A stretch of 63,774 bases of DNA, filler included, from a bacterium (GCA_027062325.1; 9 parts of 9 records of this genome joined end to end with filler, not necessarily neighbours in it); one strand, 5' to 3'. Positions 20,863-31,326 are shown, numbered from the whole stretch's first letter. Notes: generated by a model not told the origin, from the letters alone. Made by a program: numbers and translations.

Positions 20863-21888
20863 ATGGATAAAATCTTAACCGCTTTAAAAGAAACTCTCTG
20901 GTTTATCCCATCTTCTCTTCTTGAAGGATTTGGCGCAGCTTTCATTCTTGGAGCCTTGATTAGAACATTTATCCCTGACTCTGCCGTAACAAAGTGGATG
21001 GGAAAAGGCGTCAAAAAAGCTGTTGCTTACGTAGTAAGTGCTATCTCCGGTATTGCTCTTACCATTTGCGCTTGCGGAGTTATTCCCCTATTCACCACTC
21101 TTTCAAGATACTCTGCAAGCATAGGTATAGCTTACACATTTTTATACGCTGCTCCAGCAGTCAATCCAATGGCTCTTGCTTTAACTTATCAATTGCTCGG
21201 CTGGAAAATAGCAACACTTAGACTACTTGCTGCATTTTTTATATCCATAGGACTTGGTCTTATAATTGAAAAGATATTTTCTCAACCTAAAAACTCCTCA
21301 AAACTTCAATACGACAATGTCAAAATTCCATGGCGTAAATTTGCTGTATTTGCTGAACTAACGCTGTTGTTGATGTTTGTGGGTCTTTCGAAAATAGAAG
21401 TAAAAAGCAAGTTTGTTTTATCGGCACTAATACTAATATCCATTCAAGCTTTAAGCTACACCTGGCTTGAAGCACATCAGAGAAATGAGTGGTGGAAAAG
21501 AACGTGGGGATTGACAAAACGCATAATCATTCCATTAAGTGTTGGAGTATTTTTGATCTTTCTATTCAAAAATTATGCAAGCGAAAAACTGCTTAGTGAA
21601 TTTTTTGGTAAGACTACATGGAAATCCACATTTTTAGCTGCTTTGCTTGGAGCCCCACTTTACTTTGGCACTTGTGTAAGCATAGTATTTGTCAAAGGAC
21701 TAATCGACATGGGAATGGCAACCGGACCTGCTGTAGCTCTTTTACTCTCTGGTCCAATTGTGAGCTTTCCAACAATCTCAGCTCTTATTCACATAGAAGG
21801 CTGGAAGAGGACTCTACTGTACACAGTTTTGGTAATAGTAACATCAGCAGTGGTTGGCTACATTGCGGGAGTGTGGATAGGAAACTAG
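20863..21888 (+). CDS. DUF318 / ArsP-like permease
   Basis: ICACGVIPLF, FLYAAPAVNP, GAPLY, G.G.AVALLLSGP..SFP; about 8 TM helices. Confidence 0.85.
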   Translation: MDKILTALKETLWFIPSSLLEGFGAAFILGALIRTFIPDSAVTKWMGKGVKKAVAYVVSAISGIALTICACGVIPLFTTLSRYSASIGIAYTFLYAAPAVNPMALALTYQLLGWKIATLRLLAAFFISIGLGLIIEKIFSQPKNSSKLQYDNVKIPWRKFAVFAELTLLLMFVGLSKIEVKSKFVLSALILISIQALSYTWLEAHQRNEWWKRTWGLTKRIIIPLSVGVFLIFLFKNYASEKLLSEFFGKTTWKSTFLAALLGAPLYFGTCVSIVFVKGLIDMGMATGPAVALLLSGPIVSFPTISALIHIEGWKRTLLYTVLVIVTSAVVGYIAGVWIGN

Positions 21889-22556
21889 TGGTGAGTGTTG
21901 TGAAAGATTCGCTGAGTTCTTGTAAATTTGCTTTGATCTATACGCTATTATTCACACTTCACACTTTATCACACAATTTAAAATATATTAAAGCAGAGAG
22001 GTTGCTTCTTCTACATCCAAAATTGCTTACCTACAACATTAACTTCTACTCTTCAAAAGAACTCAAGCTTTTAAAGACAGCTTTAACTCTGGTTCACAAT
22101 GTTTTCAAATCACAAGCAAGCACTGAAATCAAAAAAAACATTTTAGAAGAGATAACTCAACTTACAAAAATGTACACAATCTCATCATTAATTCCTAAAT
22201 CAACTTTAAGTATCGTACTAAAAGACATTCAAGAAGCTGTAAGTAAACTTTATCCATCTTCTTCTGTGATGATCACATGGCCCCCCTCATTAGCTTTTTC
22301 ATTAACATCTCTAACTAGTATGGTGGTAAATCCATCGCTTAAAAAAGCAATTCTTGTCCGAGAAATTTTCGGAAAGCTTACATTCTCTGATTTGTACAAT
22401 CTTTTTAAAATCAGCAACCTAAAATTTCCTAGAGTCATAAACGGAGAAGATGTAACGCTACCAGTATTAAAATATATATGGGCTAAATCTGGGCTGTCGT
22501 CTTCTACTTTTTCAAAGACAATAAAAAATCTTGAAAAAAAGCTTGAACCTTTTTAA
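21888..22556 (+). CDS. Hypothetical protein
   Basis: Likely GTG start at the permease stop; the longer track ORF from 21618 overlaps the permease. Confidence 0.45.
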   Translation: MVSVVKDSLSSCKFALIYTLLFTLHTLSHNLKYIKAERLLLLHPKLLTYNINFYSSKELKLLKTALTLVHNVFKSQASTEIKKNILEEITQLTKMYTISSLIPKSTLSIVLKDIQEAVSKLYPSSSVMITWPPSLAFSLTSLTSMVVNPSLKKAILVREIFGKLTFSDLYNLFKISNLKFPRVINGEDVTLPVLKYIWAKSGLSSSTFSKTIKNLEKKLEPF

Positions 22557-22571
22557 AAAGGAGGATGCCAC

Positions 22572-23102
22572 GTGAAAATCGTAACTTTGAATCTAATTAT
22601 TTTCTTATTTTTCTATCTTCAGCCTGAACTTCAAGATTACAAAAAATTGAACTCATTATGGCATAAGATTTCAAACGCTCAATCCAAAATAGCCTCAATC
22701 TCGGAGCAAATAATTAACGCTAAAGGCGGAATTATTGCCGGTAAAAAAGTGGAAAATGAAGATGAATTCTGGAAAAAACTTAGCGAACTAAAATCTAAAC
22801 GTCAAAAACTTGGAGAACAGGTAAAACTATGGCAAAAAGAAGCCTCTAGCTTAGAACTCAAATTAAAGCAAAATGTTAAAGCAAAATTGATTAAACTGGA
22901 AGAGATTGCCCATTCTAACAACTTCGTAGTAATCCACTCACCATTTTCTTTATACACTCCACAAACCGAAGAATTTATAAGGTTAACTGGCATCGATCCT
23001 GAGAAAGTCAAACAGTACGAATTTAAACTAAATGAAGCAATAAGTAAAATAATGTTTGGCAATATTAAACATCAAAATAAAAGAGGTGATCAAAATCGTT
23101 AA
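22572..23102 (+). CDS. Hypothetical exported coiled-coil protein
   Basis: AAGGAGG SD, hydrophobic N-terminus, heptad-rich core. Confidence 0.55.
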   Translation: MKIVTLNLIIFLFFYLQPELQDYKKLNSLWHKISNAQSKIASISEQIINAKGGIIAGKKVENEDEFWKKLSELKSKRQKLGEQVKLWQKEASSLELKLKQNVKAKLIKLEEIAHSNNFVVIHSPFSLYTPQTEEFIRLTGIDPEKVKQYEFKLNEAISKIMFGNIKHQNKRGDQNR

Positions 23103-23733
23103 AAAATTCACTGCAGTTGTCGGTACTTTTTCTCCAATAGAAGTCAATTATTACACAGTTAAAAAATTTTTACAAATAGACGCTCCTGTTGTTGAAGTTC
23201 CCAATATTCTGTTGACACATGCTCACTTTGATCATATTGCAGGTCTTGACAAAGTTAATTTTTCAAACGAAACGCTATTCATTACCATACACAAACAAGA
23301 ACTTCCTATACTGAAAGAATACAACTTATACTCCTTTTTTGTGGAGGAGTTCTCCTTATACGAAAAAGCTGAGTACAACCTTTTAAATGGAGAAGAGGGA
23401 GAATTCAAAATTAAAGTAAACTCATCATCACTTGCTATTTACTGGTTATTAACACCAGGTCACACTCCTGGAAGTGTAACATATGCACTCACAATTAACG
23501 GCATATTACACGTATTTACAGGAGATTTTTTGTTTGCAGAATCAATAGGGAGATGTGACCTTCCCATGTCAAATCCTGAAGCCATGAAATCCAGTCTTTC
23601 TCGTTTTAGTGGGTGGATAAAGCATTTAATGAAAATTCATTGTATATCACCTCAAAACACAATAATATACCCAGGCCATGGTGCCCGCGTAAGACTCTCC
23701 ACCCTATTTAAAATCAACCCATTTTTAACCTAA
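23056..23733 (+). CDS. Metallo-beta-lactamase-fold hydrolase (glyoxalase II-like); start uncertain
   Basis: THAHFDH, TPGHTPGS, FTGDFLF..SIGR.DLP, YPGHG. Confidence 0.85.
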   Translation: MAILNIKIKEVIKIVKKFTAVVGTFSPIEVNYYTVKKFLQIDAPVVEVPNILLTHAHFDHIAGLDKVNFSNETLFITIHKQELPILKEYNLYSFFVEEFSLYEKAEYNLLNGEEGEFKIKVNSSSLAIYWLLTPGHTPGSVTYALTINGILHVFTGDFLFAESIGRCDLPMSNPEAMKSSLSRFSGWIKHLMKIHCISPQNTIIYPGHGARVRLSTLFKINPFLT

Positions 23734-23761
23734 GTGCCTACCCCTTGTTTAAGAAAGCCAA

Positions 23762-24637
23762 TTACACCTTTGGCCATACTAACTTTGCCACAAATGTTCC
23801 AACTTCTTGAGAAAGCCTCTCTGCTATGGGATCACACTTAACTTTAAGTAAAAAGTAAACAGGACGCCTCACCATTCCCATCTTCATAAGCTCATCAATA
23901 GTTTCAAAATTTCCTTGTCCCTTACTTATAACAACATCAACTTCATAGAATTGCTTCCAAAATCCATCCGATGCATCCTTCCAAAGCCCCGAGTAACCAC
24001 TCCCCGTAGTAATAACCTTTGCAACTCCGTTGAAATCAGAAAGATCATCATCCAACGTTATATCATTCAACACCGGCTCTCCTCTAACAGCATAAATTAC
24101 ATCACATCCTCTCTCTGTCAAAACCCCTGCCACAACAGAATCCGCCACATTTTCACCAGCATTGTCTCCTAATATCATCCACTTTTTACCACGTTTAAAA
24201 TTCTCCATCAAGTAATCCTCATCTTGAATACCCACACGCTCCAAATCACTCATGATCTCATCAATATCAAACTCCAAGCTAACTCCATAATCTATGGCAT
24301 TAGCAGAAGCTGAAAACTTCATAGCTAGCTTCAATCTCTCAAATGAATTACTTATGCCTTCTAAACGCTTTAAAAATTCAGCTTTTAACCCCTTCATCGC
24401 TTCAATACTCTTTTCCTTCAACTTTTTATAAGGATCTCTTTTTCCCAAATAATCTCCTGCCAGCTCGTATATTCGCTTGGCAATTACAGGAGGAGGCAGT
24501 TGTTCATCAACCTCTGCAATGTAACGTGCAACCTCTTTAGCAAACTTTATTCCCTTATCTTTATCAACTCCTAAGGTATCAACTATCATCTTAACTTGCT
24601 TCAAAAAACACGCAAAACAAGTAACTGACGGCTTCAC
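23762..24637 (-). CDS. DUF89 / ARMT1-like damage-control phosphatase
   Basis: C..C.LKQ, DPY, N.IDYG, DNAGE, P.LND.T, ISKGQGNFE, KVKC. Confidence 0.9.
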   Translation of the reverse strand: MKPSVTCFACFLKQVKMIVDTLGVDKDKGIKFAKEVARYIAEVDEQLPPPVIAKRIYELAGDYLGKRDPYKKLKEKSIEAMKGLKAEFLKRLEGISNSFERLKLAMKFSASANAIDYGVSLEFDIDEIMSDLERVGIQDEDYLMENFKRGKKWMILGDNAGENVADSVVAGVLTERGCDVIYAVRGEPVLNDITLDDDLSDFNGVAKVITTGSGYSGLWKDASDGFWKQFYEVDVVISKGQGNFETIDELMKMGMVRRPVYFLLKVKCDPIAERLSQEVGTFVAKLVWPKV

Positions 24638-24655
24638 AGCAAATCCCCCTTTCGT

Positions 24656-25418
24656 TTAGTGTTCGTGCTCAGTTCCTCTTTCATCATTTTTATGTTCATC
24701 GTGGTGATGACCATGCGGACCTACTCCTCCACTTTCTACTCTCTCCCTAATCATCTTCTTTCTTAATCTGTACAAAAACACCCACCTCTCAGTTCCTTTC
24801 CAAACAACTTTTCCATCATCTATGACAAATCCTCGTCCAAACGGATCTTTGGGATACTCTTTTAATATTCCAACCTCAACAAGCTCTGTTACAGAATCAG
24901 GATTCCTCCCATACAACTTTTTATAAGTTTTTACCGCCTGCTGTATCAAATTTTGAACCATCAACCTGGCAAAATGCTTAGCAAGAGAATTGGCTCTCTC
25001 TTTGTAATTCTCCTCTAAAGCTTTATCTATTGCTTTTTGAAAGTAATCCATGGCTTTCTTATAGTCACCTTTTAAGTACTCTTCTAAAAATGCGCTCAAG
25101 CTTATCAAACTTATTGAACAATCAGGATACTCCATCGCCTTCTTTGCAAACTTCAAAGTCCACTTCATATTTCCCGTATAAAGCCTCCCAGCCCAAGCCA
25201 ACCACTCATAAGGTTTGGCAGTTCCTCTCAAGTAACCAGTAGCCTGTATTAGAATCGTTTTGCCCCACTTCTCGAACTCCAAATTTGTTGGAAGTATTAA
25301 TCCCAAATAATAATACGCATCCTCTGAAAACGGATTTACATCAACTAAGTTTAAAGCAAAACTTTTAAGTTTCTTTACTATACCTTCAAGCGACTTCCTA
25401 TCTACCTTCATATATGGA
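24656..25418 (-). CDS. TPR-like protein with a pseudopilin-like C-terminal motif and His-rich tail; probably 5'-truncated
   Basis: DVNPF..DAYYY.G; A.DYFQKA; Y...YG..P....LV..GIL...PKDPFG; GPHGHHHDEH tail. Confidence 0.55.
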
Positions 25419-25518
25419 NNNNNNNNNNNNNNNNNNNNNNNNNNNNNNNNNNNNNNNNNNNNTTAATTAATTAANNNNNNNNNNNNNNNNNNNNNNNNNN
25501 NNNNNNNNNNNNNNNNNN

Positions 25519-26003
25519 GATTCAGATACAAGTTGGCAGAAGCTGTGTCGCGCATAGCACCTTATAAGAATGCTATAGGGGATAAGAGACGAGAAGATCA
25601 GTCTCATTGGAAGGAGTTTAAAGCGCTAAGGGAAAAGACTGAAAAAGCTTTTGAAAACAACTTTAATACTCCGGAAGTGATAGCTTCTATCAATGAGATA
25701 TTAAAGCTTGCAATGAGAGTACTTGACTCTGATGGTAGGCCGGAAGATATTGACGCTTTCCTAGCATCGGTGTTTTGGTACGTAAAAGAAGTGAATGATA
25801 TAGTAGAGATCATCCCAACGGAAGCCTTTGGCGGTAGGGAAGTTTTAACTGAAGAGCTTGTAAATTTGCTTGTTGATGTTAGAAATAAACTTAGGAAAAA
25901 CAAACACTACGATGTTGCGGATTTTATAAGAGACGGACTGGCAAAGTTGGGAATTGCCTTGGAGGATGCGCCAAGTGGGACTAGATGGTATTTTAAAGTT
26001 TAA
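25519..26003 (+). CDS. cysS: Cysteine-tRNA ligase, C-terminal fragment
   Basis: NNFNTP (DALR-like region), R..LRK.K.YD.ADFIRD.L...GI.LED...GTRW; followed by mrnC and rlmB. Confidence 0.85.
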
Positions 26004-26382
26004 GCATTTTGCTTTAAAAAGTGATAATCAGGATTTTAAGGTTATGGCATGGATTGGAGATGCTGTTTGGAATTTAATGATTAAGGAGTATCTTTATAAC
26101 TGCCGTTGTAAAATGAGTTTATTTAAAATGGATGAGTACGCTAAAATTATGACTTCTGCTGAATTTCAAAAAAAATTGTTTGATTTAGTGGAACAGATTA
26201 CAGGCGGAGTTTTAAAAAAGGTCAGAAACAATTGGAAGAGGCGGTATAAGTTTGATAAAGAAGCCAGTGCTTTTGAAGTGTTGGTGGCGTATCTTTACTT
26301 TGAAGGAGCAACAGGAGAACTTGCATTTTTACTGAGGGAGGCTGTAAAACTTGCGGATTTGGGGAATAAATGCAGGACTTGA
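25954..26382 (+). CDS. mrnC: Mini-ribonuclease III; start uncertain
   Basis: AWIGDAVW, SAEFQ, ASAFEVLVAYLY; cysS-mrnC-rlmB synteny. Confidence 0.75.
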   Translation: MPWRMRQVGLDGILKFKHFALKSDNQDFKVMAWIGDAVWNLMIKEYLYNCRCKMSLFKMDEYAKIMTSAEFQKKLFDLVEQITGGVLKKVRNNWKRRYKFDKEASAFEVLVAYLYFEGATGELAFLLREAVKLADLGNKCRT

Positions 26383-27073
26383 AATTTTAAAAGTTAAGTC
26401 TGAGAGGATTAAGTGGATTGCGTTATTGGATGATAATGGTAGGAGAGGGGAAATTTATAAATTAGCCTTGGAAAAAGGGATACCTGTTCAGTTTCGTAGC
26501 AAAAGGGAGTTGTGGCAACTTGCCCTTGAGCATGATGAACATCAGGGGGTTGTTGCAGACTGTCCGCGCTTGATAGATTATGTAAATTGGAAAGAGTTTG
26601 TAGAGGATGATTTTGTGGTTTTTCCCTACAAAATACAGGATCCGCACAATCTTGGAGCAATTGTTAGAACAGCTGTGTTTATGGGAGTTTTGAATTTTCT
26701 CTTGGTGAAGAAAGGAGGACTTAGTACGATTACAGGGGCTGTAGTTAAGGCTTCAAGTGGTGCTGCTGCTTATGCTAGATTTTGTAACTGGGCGAGTCCT
26801 CACATCGTTAAAAATTTGAAAGAAGAGGGTTTTAAAGTAGTAGCTTTTGATTTGGCAGGAGATGTGGATCTGGAGGAGTTTGTATGGCCTGATAAAACTC
26901 TTTTGATTTTGGGAAGTGAAGGAAGTGGATTTAAGTCTTCAAAATTTGGTAGGAATTTGATTGATCATATGGTTAAAATAAGAGGAAATTTTGAGTCTTT
27001 GAATGTTTCCAATACATTTGCTATTGCAATGTGGGATAGAAGGTTAAAAGTATCCAAGGGGGGGTATAAGTGA
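26351..27073 (+). CDS. rlmB: 23S rRNA Gm2251 methyltransferase (SpoU/TrmH family)
   Basis: HQGVVA, QDPHNLGAIVRTA, KASSGA, LGSEGSG, ESLNVS. Confidence 0.85.
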   Translation: MRIWGINAGLEILKVKSERIKWIALLDDNGRRGEIYKLALEKGIPVQFRSKRELWQLALEHDEHQGVVADCPRLIDYVNWKEFVEDDFVVFPYKIQDPHNLGAIVRTAVFMGVLNFLLVKKGGLSTITGAVVKASSGAAAYARFCNWASPHIVKNLKEEGFKVVAFDLAGDVDLEEFVWPDKTLLILGSEGSGFKSSKFGRNLIDHMVKIRGNFESLNVSNTFAIAMWDRRLKVSKGGYK

Positions 27074-27402
27074 TGAGGAGAATTCAAAGTTATTTCAGAA
27101 AGAAAGGCGGTGTGGGGATATTCATAGTCTTTGTTGTAATACTTGTAGGTATATTTGTTGGCTTTGCTTTTCTAGGAGGATATGAGATGAAGTGTAAAAG
27201 ACAACTCACCGCTGATAAGGCACTTACTGGAGATAGTTTGAGGGACTTTTCTGGTTTTTCTGTAAAAAAGGAGAAGGAGGTTGTAGCTAAACTTCAGGAT
27301 AGATGTCCTTTGATAAAGAAGAAGTATGTATATATATGGCCAGAGCCTGAGTATGTATGTCCTTATCATGGAATAGCAGCGGTTTCAATTGCTGGAGAAT
27401 AG
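27070..27402 (+). CDS. Small pilin/pseudopilin-like protein
   Basis: RKKG|G followed by a hydrophobic helix (class III-like signal); C-terminal CP...Y...VCPYHG. Confidence 0.5.
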   Translation: MMRRIQSYFRKKGGVGIFIVFVVILVGIFVGFAFLGGYEMKCKRQLTADKALTGDSLRDFSGFSVKKEKEVVAKLQDRCPLIKKKYVYIWPEPEYVCPYHGIAAVSIAGE

Positions 27403-27416
27403 GGGGGGAGATTAGC

Positions 27417-28595
27417 ATGAGGGTTATAGGCATAGTTTTAGACAGTGTTGGCATAGGGTGGCTTCCAGATGCTGTTCGTTATGGAGATGGTGGAGCAGAT
27501 ACTTTAAATCACGTGATAAAGTATGCAAAGTACCCTGTGAAGCTTGAAAATATGCGCCGACTTGGAATTGGAAATATAGAGGGAGTTTGGGCCTTGGATG
27601 CAGTGGCTCATCCAAAGGGAAGCTTTGCACGGCTTTTAGAACTTTCTGCAGGAAAGGATACTACGACTGGGCACTGGGAACTTATGGGATTGAAGTTGGA
27701 CAGACCATTTCCAACGTATCCAGATGGATTCCCGCCGGAGATAATTGATGAATTCAAGAAGAGAATAGGAAGAGACATATTAGGAAATAAACCTGCAAGT
27801 GGTACGGAGATTATAAAAGAACTTGGAGAGGAGCACATAAGGACAGGTTATCCAATAGTGTACACTTCAGCGGACAGCGTTTTTCAAATAGCAGCGCATG
27901 AAGAGGTTGTACCGCTTGAAGAGCTCTATAAGTGGTGCGAGATAGCTCGTGAAATACTTCAGGGTGATCATGCAGTTGCACGCGTTATAGCGCGTCCATT
28001 CAGAGGAGATAATCCATCTAATTTCTGGAGAACTCCTAATAGACGTGATTTTTCATTACCTCCAACAGGACCTGTTGCAATGGACTACATGGAAGGAAAG
28101 GTGAGAAGAGTTGCTGTTGGTAAAATTTGGGATATATATGCTCATAAAGGATTTGATGAACATTACAAAACAAAGAGCAATGCTCATGGAATGGAAGTAC
28201 TCATAGATTTAGTAAAACACCGCAAAGAAGATAATGAATTTATATTTGTAAACCTTGTTGACTTTGACATGAAGTATGGACACCGTAATAACGTTGAAGG
28301 GTATGCAAAAGCGCTTGAAGAGTTTGATAGGTATTTGGGACAACTTTTAGACTTGCTTGGAGAAGATGATGTTTTGTTTTTGACTGCTGATCACGGTTGT
28401 GATCCGACATTTCCTGGTACAGATCATACACGGGAGAGTGTCTTTTGGTTAGTTTATGGTATTTCTGTCAGGCAAGGGGTGGATTTGGGAGTTTTGCCCT
28501 CTTTTGGAGTTGTTGGAGCAACCGTATTGCAGATTTTCGGCTTAGAGGGAGAACTTTGTGCAGAAGGTGTGTGGGATCTTATAAGAGAGGTGTAG
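27417..28595 (+). CDS. deoB: Phosphopentomutase
   Basis: VLDSVGIG, GKDTTTGHWE, YTSADSVFQIAAHE, RVIARPF, DFD.KYGHR, TADHGCDPT, DHTRE. Confidence 0.97.
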   Translation: MRVIGIVLDSVGIGWLPDAVRYGDGGADTLNHVIKYAKYPVKLENMRRLGIGNIEGVWALDAVAHPKGSFARLLELSAGKDTTTGHWELMGLKLDRPFPTYPDGFPPEIIDEFKKRIGRDILGNKPASGTEIIKELGEEHIRTGYPIVYTSADSVFQIAAHEEVVPLEELYKWCEIAREILQGDHAVARVIARPFRGDNPSNFWRTPNRRDFSLPPTGPVAMDYMEGKVRRVAVGKIWDIYAHKGFDEHYKTKSNAHGMEVLIDLVKHRKEDNEFIFVNLVDFDMKYGHRNNVEGYAKALEEFDRYLGQLLDLLGEDDVLFLTADHGCDPTFPGTDHTRESVFWLVYGISVRQGVDLGVLPSFGVVGATVLQIFGLEGELCAEGVWDLIREV

Positions 28596-28599
28596 TGTA

Positions 28600-30690
28600 G
28601 TGCAACTTTCTCTAGAAGCTTTAGTAAGGCGACTAAAAACTCCTGGAGCGACGCTACTGGATAGGAAGGAAGCAGTTCGTGGAATGGGGCTTGTTCAGAA
28701 TAAGGATGCCATTCCGCACTTAATGGAGGCTTTGCAAGAGGAGGAGTTGAAGGTTGAGGCAATTGAAGCGCTTGGAAAATATACTCGTGTTTCTGATGAG
28801 GCGTTTGATGCTGTGGTTTCTGAGTATTACACTGCTAAAGATCGTCAGGTTAAGGCAGCTATAATTCGTGTATTATCGGAATATGTTCCGATGCATAAGA
28901 CCAAAGTTTTTGAAAAGCTTATAATAATGGAAGATGATCTTGAATTTAAGAAACAGCTGTACAATTTGAGCTTTAAATACTGTGACGAGAATACTTTACG
29001 TAAAATTTCAATGTCGATTTTAGATTCGGGCGATACGGAGATGAAGCTGAGCGCTATAAAGTTTCTATCTCGTTTCAATCTCCCTGAGATTATAGAAAAG
29101 ATGTTTGATTTGACTGCGAGTGATGATTCAGAAGTAGCAAGTTATGCTTTGAGGATTTTAGAAGATGAATTTGGAGATGAGATACTCAATAAATTTATAG
29201 ATAGGATAAGAAGTGCGAATCCTGATAAAAAAGTAAAGTTGGTGTATGTACTTGGTAATTTGACCACTCCCAAAGTGGTTGCAGTTTTAGCTAAAGTGTT
29301 GATAAGTACAAAAAATTTAAAACTTAGGATGGCAGCGTTGCAAGCTTTGAAAAAAGTTGCAAATAAGAGTATAGAAAAGTTGCTTTATAAAATGTTTGAT
29401 GTTTTAACAGATGAGGAAAAAGCTGTAGTTGTTGAGATAGCTTCTGTTTTAAAGAGTAAACTTTTGAAAGAAAAAGTAATCTCTTTTGCAGAGAGCGTTA
29501 TGGGGGTAGATGTTGATATAGCAAAGAGTATTGCAGAAGCAGGTTTTTTTAGCCAAAGTGATGTTAAAAGATATCTTCAAAGTGACAAACCTACGGTGAG
29601 ATTTGCTGCAATACTTTCTTTGCCAAGTGCAGAATTTGATACTAGTGAGATAGAAAGTTTCATAGGAGAGCTTTTAGAGAAGGCTAAGTTGACGGCTGTA
29701 GAGAGGAAAGAGCTTTACTTTATAATAGGGAATTTTGGAATGAGAAATCTTTCGCATCTTTTAAGAAAACCGCTTGAGGCAGGAAGTGATGATGAAAAGA
29801 TAGCTGCAATGATATCGATTTCAAGACTTGGATTGGAAGATATGAGGGAGATGGTTGAAAGAGAACTCAGGGAAAATGAAAATGAGAAAGTTCGTGCTAC
29901 AGCAGTAAATACTTTGGCTGCAATTGGAAATGAAAATTCTGCCATGCTTTTGTTGAAAAGTTTGGAGGATGATGATGCCCGAGTTAGAGCAAATGCTGTT
30001 GAAGCTCTTGAGGAGCTTTTTAAAAAGGGTTACCTTTCTGAAAAAGTTCTTGTTGATAATCTCATAAAGATGCTTCACGACTCAAATAATCGTGTTAAGG
30101 CAAATGCTGCAATGGTTTTGTGGCGAGTTGGTGGAGTTGGCATATTGCGCGTTTTGGAAGATATGCTACTTACTTCTGAACACATGTGGCATAGAGCAAG
30201 TGCTGCTTTTGCTTTGGGAGAGACAAAGAGTATTTTAGCAATAGGTATATTGGAGAAGGCAGCTAAAGATCCGGATTCTCCAGTTAGGAGAAATGTTGCT
30301 AAGGCGTTGGGAAAGATTAAAGATCCAGCATGTATTGAAGTGTTGAAGATTTTGAAAGATGATCCTGCTTTGGATGTTTTGGTTGAGGTTGCAAATGCAC
30401 TTGGAAATATTGGAGGTGTCCAGGCTTTTAATTTGCTAGTTCACCTTGCTTCCCATCCTGATGATAGGGTTTCTAGTGCAGCTATTGAAAATGCTGTTAA
30501 GGTGGCGAGTAAAGATTTTGTGGCCCCCGAAGTTATAAGGGATTTGTTCAATAGGTTGCCATTACTTGCTTTAAAACTTGTCGGAAAGTTCAAAGATAGA
30601 AGTTTTGTTGCCACTGTTAAAAAGTTTGAAAAGAGTGAGAATGCGCTTTTGGCATCTGTTGCTTCAGAAGTTTTGAAGGAACTAACCTGA
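28600..30690 (+). CDS. HEAT-repeat protein
   Basis: VRATAV, DDARVRANAVEAL, NNRVKANAA, VRRNVAKALG repeats. Confidence 0.85.
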   Translation: MQLSLEALVRRLKTPGATLLDRKEAVRGMGLVQNKDAIPHLMEALQEEELKVEAIEALGKYTRVSDEAFDAVVSEYYTAKDRQVKAAIIRVLSEYVPMHKTKVFEKLIIMEDDLEFKKQLYNLSFKYCDENTLRKISMSILDSGDTEMKLSAIKFLSRFNLPEIIEKMFDLTASDDSEVASYALRILEDEFGDEILNKFIDRIRSANPDKKVKLVYVLGNLTTPKVVAVLAKVLISTKNLKLRMAALQALKKVANKSIEKLLYKMFDVLTDEEKAVVVEIASVLKSKLLKEKVISFAESVMGVDVDIAKSIAEAGFFSQSDVKRYLQSDKPTVRFAAILSLPSAEFDTSEIESFIGELLEKAKLTAVERKELYFIIGNFGMRNLSHLLRKPLEAGSDDEKIAAMISISRLGLEDMREMVERELRENENEKVRATAVNTLAAIGNENSAMLLLKSLEDDDARVRANAVEALEELFKKGYLSEKVLVDNLIKMLHDSNNRVKANAAMVLWRVGGVGILRVLEDMLLTSEHMWHRASAAFALGETKSILAIGILEKAAKDPDSPVRRNVAKALGKIKDPACIEVLKILKDDPALDVLVEVANALGNIGGVQAFNLLVHLASHPDDRVSSAAIENAVKVASKDFVAPEVIRDLFNRLPLLALKLVGKFKDRSFVATVKKFEKSENALLASVASEVLKELT

Positions 30691-30719
30691 TTATTTAGTG
30701 TTTATAAGGAGTGGGTAAA

Positions 30720-31250
30720 GTGATTGGTTTTTTGAAAGAGAGGAGTAAAAAGTTTGAATTTTTTGAGTTTATTAATAAGATGGCATGGGAGAAGGCTATT
30801 CAGTTGGCTGAGGAGAATTCAGAGATTCTGAAAGATGAGGATGTTAGATTTAATTATGCTTGGGCTTTAGTAGAAATAGGGGAATTTTCGCAGGCTAAAA
30901 GAATCCTTGAAGAGATGAAAGAAGAGATGGATTACTCACCAGTTTATTGGATATTGTTAGCAAGGATATATTTAGAGGAAGAAAATGAGGCAGGATTTTG
31001 GGAGTCGGTGTCAAACGCTGAAAGGATTGATCCAACGCATCCTGTTTTGAGGTTTTTAATTGGTAAATATTATGCAAGACACGGCCAAATAGAGAGAGCT
31101 GCTGCCGAGTTTGAGTTTTTCACAAGTGAGTATGCAGGGTATAAAGATGCTTTAGTTTTGGCAGTTCTTGAATCTGTGATGAGAGACTTTGAGTATTTGA
31201 GAAATTTTATAGATGAGGTAAAGAATCGAGATAAAGTGAATGCGGAATAG
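30720..31250 (+). CDS. TPR protein
   Basis: TPR-like helices (YAWALVEIGEFSQA, AERIDP.HP, IGKYYARHGQ...A); AAGGAG SD. Confidence 0.7.
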   Translation: MIGFLKERSKKFEFFEFINKMAWEKAIQLAEENSEILKDEDVRFNYAWALVEIGEFSQAKRILEEMKEEMDYSPVYWILLARIYLEEENEAGFWESVSNAERIDPTHPVLRFLIGKYYARHGQIERAAAEFEFFTSEYAGYKDALVLAVLESVMRDFEYLRNFIDEVKNRDKVNAE

Positions 31251-31326
31251 AGTGAAAGAATAAAAGGTATATTAGGAGATTGTATGTATAACTGTAATCT
31301 TTAAGTTTCCAAAATGAGGTGTTCCC

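Noticed and set aside
19537-23102. Genomic island at tRNA-Ser
   Set aside because: No integrase and no duplicated tRNA 3' end seen; the AT-rich composition fits the strand bias.
25415-25418. 4-bp overlap TGGA with the contig start at 57850, which would fuse the PilX-like gene in frame to 24656-25418
   Set aside because: 4-bp matches are expected by chance among this many contig ends (TTTA at 59886-59889 and 51798-51801 is another), and no conserved motif spans the join, unlike the helicase case. Read mapping would settle it.
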